DNA of 64,000 nucleotides from Bacteroidota bacterium (GTDB lineage Bacteria; Bacteroidota; Bacteroidia; 2-12-FULL-35-15): NCBI GenBank assembly GCA_052389695.1, contig JBQTHQ010000057.1, positions 11,774 to 75,773 of the forward strand, read 5' to 3'. Shown piece by piece: positions 59,115 to 64,000 of this stretch (position 1 is its first letter; each line of letters starts with the position of its first letter). The notes under the pieces were generated by a model. It saw only the letters and a program-made list of their open reading frames with translations, ran no database searches and was not told where the DNA came from. The position numbers and the translations under genes were made by a program.

Positions 59115-60014
59115 ATGAAAAAATTGATATTATTAATTCTACTGGCTGCGTTAACTTCTGTTAGAGCCTTTGGGCAAATACCGAATAACAGCTTTGAAAA
59201 TTGGTCAACAATCAATGGCTATCAAAGTCCCGACAATTGGGATAACCTGAATCAAATAACTTATGGTAGCGGTATTTATACTTGTGTTAAAGGAACTCCT
59301 GGTTATGCAGGCGCATCATACTTGTTCCTAAGCTCAAAAACAGTATCAGGCAAGGGAGTTGTTCCCGGTGTTGCCGTTTGTGGTAAAATTGATACAATGA
59401 CATACAAAGCTAAATCAGGATTTCCATTTACCAGCCGACCACAATACCTGAGTTATTATATGCAATTTATGCCCTACGATCCAAGCGATTCTTCAAGTGT
59501 AAAAATATTATTGACTAAGTGGAATCCAACACAATTACAAAGGGACACGATAGCTTTTGGCGCAAGTTATTTTAATTCAATGGCTCATAGTTGGTTTTAT
59601 AATAGTACATATTTGAATTACACAAATGGCGACAACCCTGATAGTGCCATTGTTGTGATTTCTTCAAGCAGCAGTATTCCTAAAGACGGAAGTTACATTT
59701 ATATTGACAACTTACAATTTAATGGAAATGTTATTGGTATTGATGAAAACGATTTCAATTCTAATAGTGTTTCCATTTTCCCTAATCCATCTACCGGAAG
59801 TTTTTCCATACACTATATTTTGCCAACCAATATGGAAGTAAGCCTGAAAATCTCAGATGTGTTAGGCCGTGAAATTTACGCTACCGAAACCACTAAACAA
59901 CCAATAGGACAATATCAAAAAGAAATAAACACTGATTTACCCAATGGCATTTACAACGTTGTATTAAAAGGCGGAAATACTTTAACTAATAAAAAAATGA
60001 TTATTAATAAATAA
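59115..60014 (+). CDS. secreted protein with T9SS C-terminal sorting domain
   Basis: Signal peptide; C-terminal SIFPNPSTGSFSIHY ... KKMIINK. Confidence 0.55.
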   Translation: MKKLILLILLAALTSVRAFGQIPNNSFENWSTINGYQSPDNWDNLNQITYGSGIYTCVKGTPGYAGASYLFLSSKTVSGKGVVPGVAVCGKIDTMTYKAKSGFPFTSRPQYLSYYMQFMPYDPSDSSSVKILLTKWNPTQLQRDTIAFGASYFNSMAHSWFYNSTYLNYTNGDNPDSAIVVISSSSSIPKDGSYIYIDNLQFNGNVIGIDENDFNSNSVSIFPNPSTGSFSIHYILPTNMEVSLKISDVLGREIYATETTKQPIGQYQKEINTDLPNGIYNVVLKGGNTLTNKKMIINK

Positions 60015-60108
60015 ACACCACCCCCACAGAGCCATAGCTCTTGCGATAACCAGGTTTAGGGTTATTAAGAAGTAGTTATCTCTGTGGGCTACTTAAACTT
60101 AAAATAAT

Positions 60109-60549
60109 ATGAAGTTATCCTGTAAAATAGTTGTGCTTTTCATGCTTTTGATTTCATCGGCAAAAGCTCAACACGATCATTCCAGCCATAACCATGATAA
60201 TGGAGCAACACATGAGCGTAAAGCAGAACCGCCTCATGGTGGAATAATTAAAGATGCAGGTAAGTATCATATAGAAATTGTTATGGATCCTATGGTTGCA
60301 ACTGAAAAGCTGAACATTTACATTTTAAAGTCGAACCTAAAGGCTATTCCTGTGAAAGGAATAACCGGAAAAGCAACAATCCATTATAACAATGGTACTG
60401 AAACGGAGGCACAGTTAATTAATAACGAAACAGATAAGTTGTTCACGAATGTAACTGATGTGAGCAAGCCATTTACGGTCTTGATAACTCTTACTATTAA
60501 TGATAAACAATACAATGTCAATTACGAATACAAAGGAATAGGCAAATGA
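60109..60549 (+). CDS. secreted His-rich protein
   Basis: Signal peptide then QHDHSSHNHDNGATHERKAEPPHGG. Confidence 0.4.
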   Translation: MKLSCKIVVLFMLLISSAKAQHDHSSHNHDNGATHERKAEPPHGGIIKDAGKYHIEIVMDPMVATEKLNIYILKSNLKAIPVKGITGKATIHYNNGTETEAQLINNETDKLFTNVTDVSKPFTVLITLTINDKQYNVNYEYKGIGK

Positions 60550-60657
60550 AATTGAAACAGGTGTTCATACTGATCGTTTGCCTGAAAGAGAATTTTTCTC
60601 AATTCAGGATTTTCATAACAGTATGGCCCTGTTTCATAACTTATAAATAAATATAAC

Positions 60658-61530
60658 ATGAAGATAAAACCGAACATTATTATCCTGCTTTTAGCAACCA
60701 TAACATTATCATCAATGGTTATGGACACGGTACATGAGTACAAAACATCTTCGCTTTGTGATGCACCATTGGTAGGAGGACACACTGGCGCACCAGGTGA
60801 AACATCCTGCACCGGGTGTCATGGAGGTACGGCAAATACAGGCCCCGGTATGCTCTCTTTTGATTTAGGGGGCGTTACACAATATGTGCCTAATCAAACC
60901 TATACCGGAACGGTAAAACTGAAACAGACCGGAGTTGACAAATTTGGTTTTGTTTCACTTGCCTTAATGAATAGTAATAATACTACAATAGGAGCCTTTT
61001 CTTTGATGGATACAATCCGAACAAGATTATTTGTTGACGGCAGCCGGAATTATGTAGGCCATACTCCTTGCGGTGCAGATGCCACTCCTACTGATTCACT
61101 ACAATGGCAGTTTAAATGGACTGCTCCGGCTACAAATGTGGGTAATATTACGTTATATCTTGGTTCTCTTGCAACCAATCACAATCATGCAACAAGTGGA
61201 GATAATACTTATACATCATCCATTGTTTTAACACCATCAACTACCAGCATAAATGAAATTCCAGGCATTGTGTCAGAATTGAATGTCTATCCCAATCCTG
61301 TATCCGATCATTTATCGGTTAGTTTTCAAGTACACGTATCCGAATCTGTCAGTATAGAGTTAGTAGATATAAATGGCAGGAAGATAGAGGTATTCAGGCG
61401 GGAATTACTGTCTCCTGGCATCATTAAAAAGTCAATTGATATTAAGGATAAAAATATTAAGCCCGGAATTTATTTTATGAAGGTATGGGTGGGAGATAAA
61501 TTTATTTCAAAAAATATATCAATACAATGA
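60658..61530 (+). CDS. secreted CxxCH-motif protein with T9SS C-terminal domain
   Basis: GETSCTGCHGG heme-c-type motif; C-terminal LNVYPNPVSDHLSVSF ... NISIQ. Confidence 0.45.
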   Translation: MKIKPNIIILLLATITLSSMVMDTVHEYKTSSLCDAPLVGGHTGAPGETSCTGCHGGTANTGPGMLSFDLGGVTQYVPNQTYTGTVKLKQTGVDKFGFVSLALMNSNNTTIGAFSLMDTIRTRLFVDGSRNYVGHTPCGADATPTDSLQWQFKWTAPATNVGNITLYLGSLATNHNHATSGDNTYTSSIVLTPSTTSINEIPGIVSELNVYPNPVSDHLSVSFQVHVSESVSIELVDINGRKIEVFRRELLSPGIIKKSIDIKDKNIKPGIYFMKVWVGDKFISKNISIQ

Positions 61531-62120
61531 ACATCATAAAAAATCATAGTGTAAAAAGGAATCAGATTTTTTACCTGCTATTGGCAGCTATTACATTCTT
61601 TTCGGCTTCCGATCTTTTAGCACATGGCGGGCATAAGCATGATGCGAACGTTACTTTGCCTGTGGGAATAAATGACTTTCCTTCTTATCATCCGCTTGCT
61701 GTACATTTTCCAATTGTTCTTTTAATAGTTGCAGCCATTATTCAGCTAATTGCTATGTTCTCAGAATATAAAGTATTGCACTATTTGGTAGCGGGAATTA
61801 CTGTATTTGGATTTATCGGGGCTTATGTAGCATCTTCCATATTGCATCCGCATACAGTTCCTTTAAGCCCGGTTGCAACGGTGCTGTTAGAATCCCATGA
61901 AAGGTTCGCATCTTATACCATTTGGCTTTCCGGCATTGCCAGTGCCTTAAAGTTATTTACACTATTTAAAAAGAAAAGAATAATTGAAATATCCACAGCC
62001 CTTGTTCTTTTGATTACGGCCATAACAGTATGTGTGGCTGGGCATCATGGAGCGGGATTGGTACACAAATTCGGCATCGGGCCAAAGGGAAATTACTTAG
62101 AACAAAACCATAACCACTAA
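61527..62120 (+). CDS. integral membrane protein
   Basis: 197 aa, 4 hydrophobic helices, N-terminal AHGGHKHD. Confidence 0.4.
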   Translation: MNIIKNHSVKRNQIFYLLLAAITFFSASDLLAHGGHKHDANVTLPVGINDFPSYHPLAVHFPIVLLIVAAIIQLIAMFSEYKVLHYLVAGITVFGFIGAYVASSILHPHTVPLSPVATVLLESHERFASYTIWLSGIASALKLFTLFKKKRIIEISTALVLLITAITVCVAGHHGAGLVHKFGIGPKGNYLEQNHNH

Positions 62121-62132
62121 AAATCAATCAAA

Positions 62133-62537
62133 ATGAACTCGAAAATTCACGAATCCCTAAACTTAAAAATTAAAAACATGAGTAAAACAAAATTTTTAAT
62201 TACAGCAATCTGCGTAAGTATCATAAACATAACAAGTGTATTTGCCCAAAATAAAAATGAGAAAAAAGCAGAGAAGGTTGAAATAAAAACCTCTGCCGTT
62301 TGCGGAATGTGTAAATCAACTATTGAAAAAACCTTATCGAAAGAAGAAGGCGTTAATAAATCCAAACTGGATGTTAAAATCAAGGCTGTTGAAGTTTCCT
62401 ACGATCCTGCTAAGACAAGTCCCGAAAAAATAAAAAAGGCGATAACGATGGCTGGTTATGATGCGGACGATATGCCCGCTGATTCCAGCGCTTACAGTAA
62501 GCTACACGATTGTTGTAAAAAAGACGGTAAACATTAA
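62133..62537 (+). CDS. heavy-metal-associated (HMA) domain protein
   Basis: Signal peptide plus SAVCGMCKSTIEK motif. Confidence 0.6.
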   Translation: MNSKIHESLNLKIKNMSKTKFLITAICVSIINITSVFAQNKNEKKAEKVEIKTSAVCGMCKSTIEKTLSKEEGVNKSKLDVKIKAVEVSYDPAKTSPEKIKKAITMAGYDADDMPADSSAYSKLHDCCKKDGKH

Positions 62538-62567
62538 AAATAAACTCTAACCATTAAACTAAAAATT

Positions 62568-63143
62568 ATGAAAACTAAAGCAATTAAATTCAGTTCAGTC
62601 ATTGCAATGGCAGTATTAGTATGGTCATGTGGAAACAACGAATCCACAGAGGCCAACCATGAATCCGGTGAGCATCAGCACACAGAAGGTGAAGCAGCTT
62701 CACCCAGCACTCCGAGTTTAATAGATCCTGTTGTTCAGCATTACATACATCTTAAAAACGCATTGGTCGCGGCAAACTTTGATGAAGCAAAAGCCGGAGC
62801 CAAAGCAATGGTGGATGCAGTTAATAGTGCAGACACTTCAGCATTTTCAGCTGAACAGAAAGCGGTTTGGAATGAGCAGGTTGGAAAAGTGAAAGAGAAT
62901 GCAGAACATATTGCAGAAACACCCGAACTGGCTCACCAAAGAGAACACTTAGGCCCATTAACGGAGGGAATGTATGCTTTGGTAAAGGCATTTGGCGGAG
63001 GAAAAACACTCTATTATGATTTCTGTCCTATGGCAAATGATAATAAAGGTGGCCATTGGTTGAGCGAAAACAAGGATATAAAAAACCCTTATTTCGGAGA
63101 TGAAATGCTTCAGTGCGGAGAGGTTAAGGAAACACTTAAATAA
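62568..63143 (+). CDS. lipoprotein, DUF3347-like, His-rich N-terminal region
   Basis: Lipobox VLVWSCGNN; NHESGEHQHTEGE; sits before the cusA gene. Confidence 0.4.
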   Translation: MKTKAIKFSSVIAMAVLVWSCGNNESTEANHESGEHQHTEGEAASPSTPSLIDPVVQHYIHLKNALVAANFDEAKAGAKAMVDAVNSADTSAFSAEQKAVWNEQVGKVKENAEHIAETPELAHQREHLGPLTEGMYALVKAFGGGKTLYYDFCPMANDNKGGHWLSENKDIKNPYFGDEMLQCGEVKETLK

Positions 63144-63193
63144 CTGATTATTGTCATAATTCGTGCCTTGATTCAAAGTTTAAATAATTAACA

Positions 63194-64000
63194 ATGATAA
63201 ATAGTTTCATAACCTGGGCGCTTAAAAACCGCATTATTGTACTGCTAATTGCAGCGAGCGTTATCATTTATGGCATCTATGCTGTGAAGAATACTCCCGT
63301 AGATGCCATTCCTGATTTATCTGAAAACCAGGTCATCATTTTTACAGAATGGATGGGGCGCAATCCGCAAATTATCGAAGATCAAATTACTTATCCTTTG
63401 GTCAGTAATCTTCAGGGCATTCCAAAAATAAAAAACATTCGTGCAAACAGCATGTTCGGGATGAGTTTTGTATTCGTGATATTTAATGATGACGTGGATA
63501 TTTATTGGGCAAGAACGAGAGTGCTTGAACGACTAAGCTATGCTCAGCGGTTACTTCCAGAAGGCATTACACCCACACTCGGACCGGATGGAACTGGATT
63601 AGGCCATGTTTACTGGTACACATTGGACGCACCCGGTTATGATTTGGGAGAACTTCGGGCATTACAGGATTGGTATGTCCGTTTTGCTTTGCAGTCCGTT
63701 GATGGCGTGAGTGAAGTAGCTTCCTTTGGCGGTTTTCAACGACAATACCAGGTAGTAGTTGATCCCTATAAACTCCGCTATTATGATATTCCATTAATGG
63801 AGGTAGTTAATAAAATTAAGTCGAACAATAATGATGTAGGTGGAAGAAAGTTTGAGCAATCGGATATAAGTTATATCATAAAAGGATCAGGATATATTAA
63901 AGACATAAAGGAAATTGAGAACATTCCACTCAAAACAAATAACTCTGTTCCGGTGAGAGTAAAAGATGTCGCAGCAGTTCAAATGGGTGGAGAGTTAAGA
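63194..64000 (+). CDS. cusA: CusA/CzcA-family RND efflux permease (5' partial, runs off window)
   Basis: MINSFITWALKNRIIVLLIAASVIIYGIYAVKNTPVDAIPDLSENQVII is homologous to the start of the 42517 gene. Confidence 0.8.
   Translation, partial: MINSFITWALKNRIIVLLIAASVIIYGIYAVKNTPVDAIPDLSENQVIIFTEWMGRNPQIIEDQITYPLVSNLQGIPKIKNIRANSMFGMSFVFVIFNDDVDIYWARTRVLERLSYAQRLLPEGITPTLGPDGTGLGHVYWYTLDAPGYDLGELRALQDWYVRFALQSVDGVSEVASFGGFQRQYQVVVDPYKLRYYDIPLMEVVNKIKSNNNDVGGRKFEQSDISYIIKGSGYIKDIKEIENIPLKTNNSVPVRVKDVAAVQMGGELR

Noticed and set aside
60015-60108. Inverted repeat cccacagag ... ctctgtggg after the T9SS protein gene
   Set aside because: Loop of ~46 nt and no T-run; weak as a terminator and not clearly regulatory

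Overview
This window looks like Bacteroidota chromosome: AT-rich, no Shine-Dalgarno use, T9SS C-terminal sorting domains, TonB-dependent receptor. The host locus is a heavy-metal / copper resistance locus into which a ~32 kb virus-like element has inserted.

Host genes to the left (1-3 kb) are a four-helix-bundle copper-binding protein and a CopB-like outer-membrane protein with a Met/His-rich N-terminus.

Host genes to the right (35.8-64 kb) include:
- a DtxR/MntR regulator next to a di-heme peroxidase-like / Rieske / outer-membrane-barrel operon;
- ArsR, a MerT-HMA fusion, a CzcA RND pump fused in frame to a TolC-like outer-membrane factor, an RND adaptor with a Cys/His-rich tail, and a P1B-type ATPase;
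- an AraC regulator, an HMA-MauE protein, an M43 peptidase and other T9SS-sorted proteins, more HMA proteins, and the 5' end of a second CusA.

The 11.3 kb ArsR-MerTP-CzcA/TolC-CzcB-ATPase cassette is bracketed by 44-bp direct repeats. These repeats copy the 3' end of the upstream outer-membrane-protein gene, which reads as an insertion scar.

The inserted element spans about 3.06-35.7 kb. Almost all its genes sit on the + strand and are tightly packed, often with overlapping stop/start codons. It opens with a ~360-bp degenerate tandem-repeat array. Two giant genes follow: a 1527-aa protein ending in a gamma-class N6-adenine DNA methyltransferase domain, and a 1581-aa SNF2-like helicase. Together they resemble a split P1 DarB-type anti-restriction pair.

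Downstream the element carries:
- acidic and K/E-rich proteins, a DnaA-C-terminal-like HTH protein, and a Zot/pI-like P-loop ATPase;
- a frameshifted Dam-type methyltransferase;
- an antisense AbiEi/AbiEii toxin-antitoxin pair;
- a family of five paralogous tail-anchored charged single-helix proteins;
- a YVTN beta-propeller protein, an amidase endolysin, and a run of small single-TM proteins;
- an overlapping spanin-like gene pair, two tandem tail-fibre paralogs with Phage_fiber_2-type repeats, and an M23 peptidase.

I could not recognise an integrase, terminase, portal, major capsid protein or tape-measure protein anywhere in the element. It is therefore a non-canonical, possibly undescribed virus or mobile-element type, carrying its own anti-restriction and abortive-infection cargo. 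Its right edge is marked by a (CT)14(TA)4 microsatellite.
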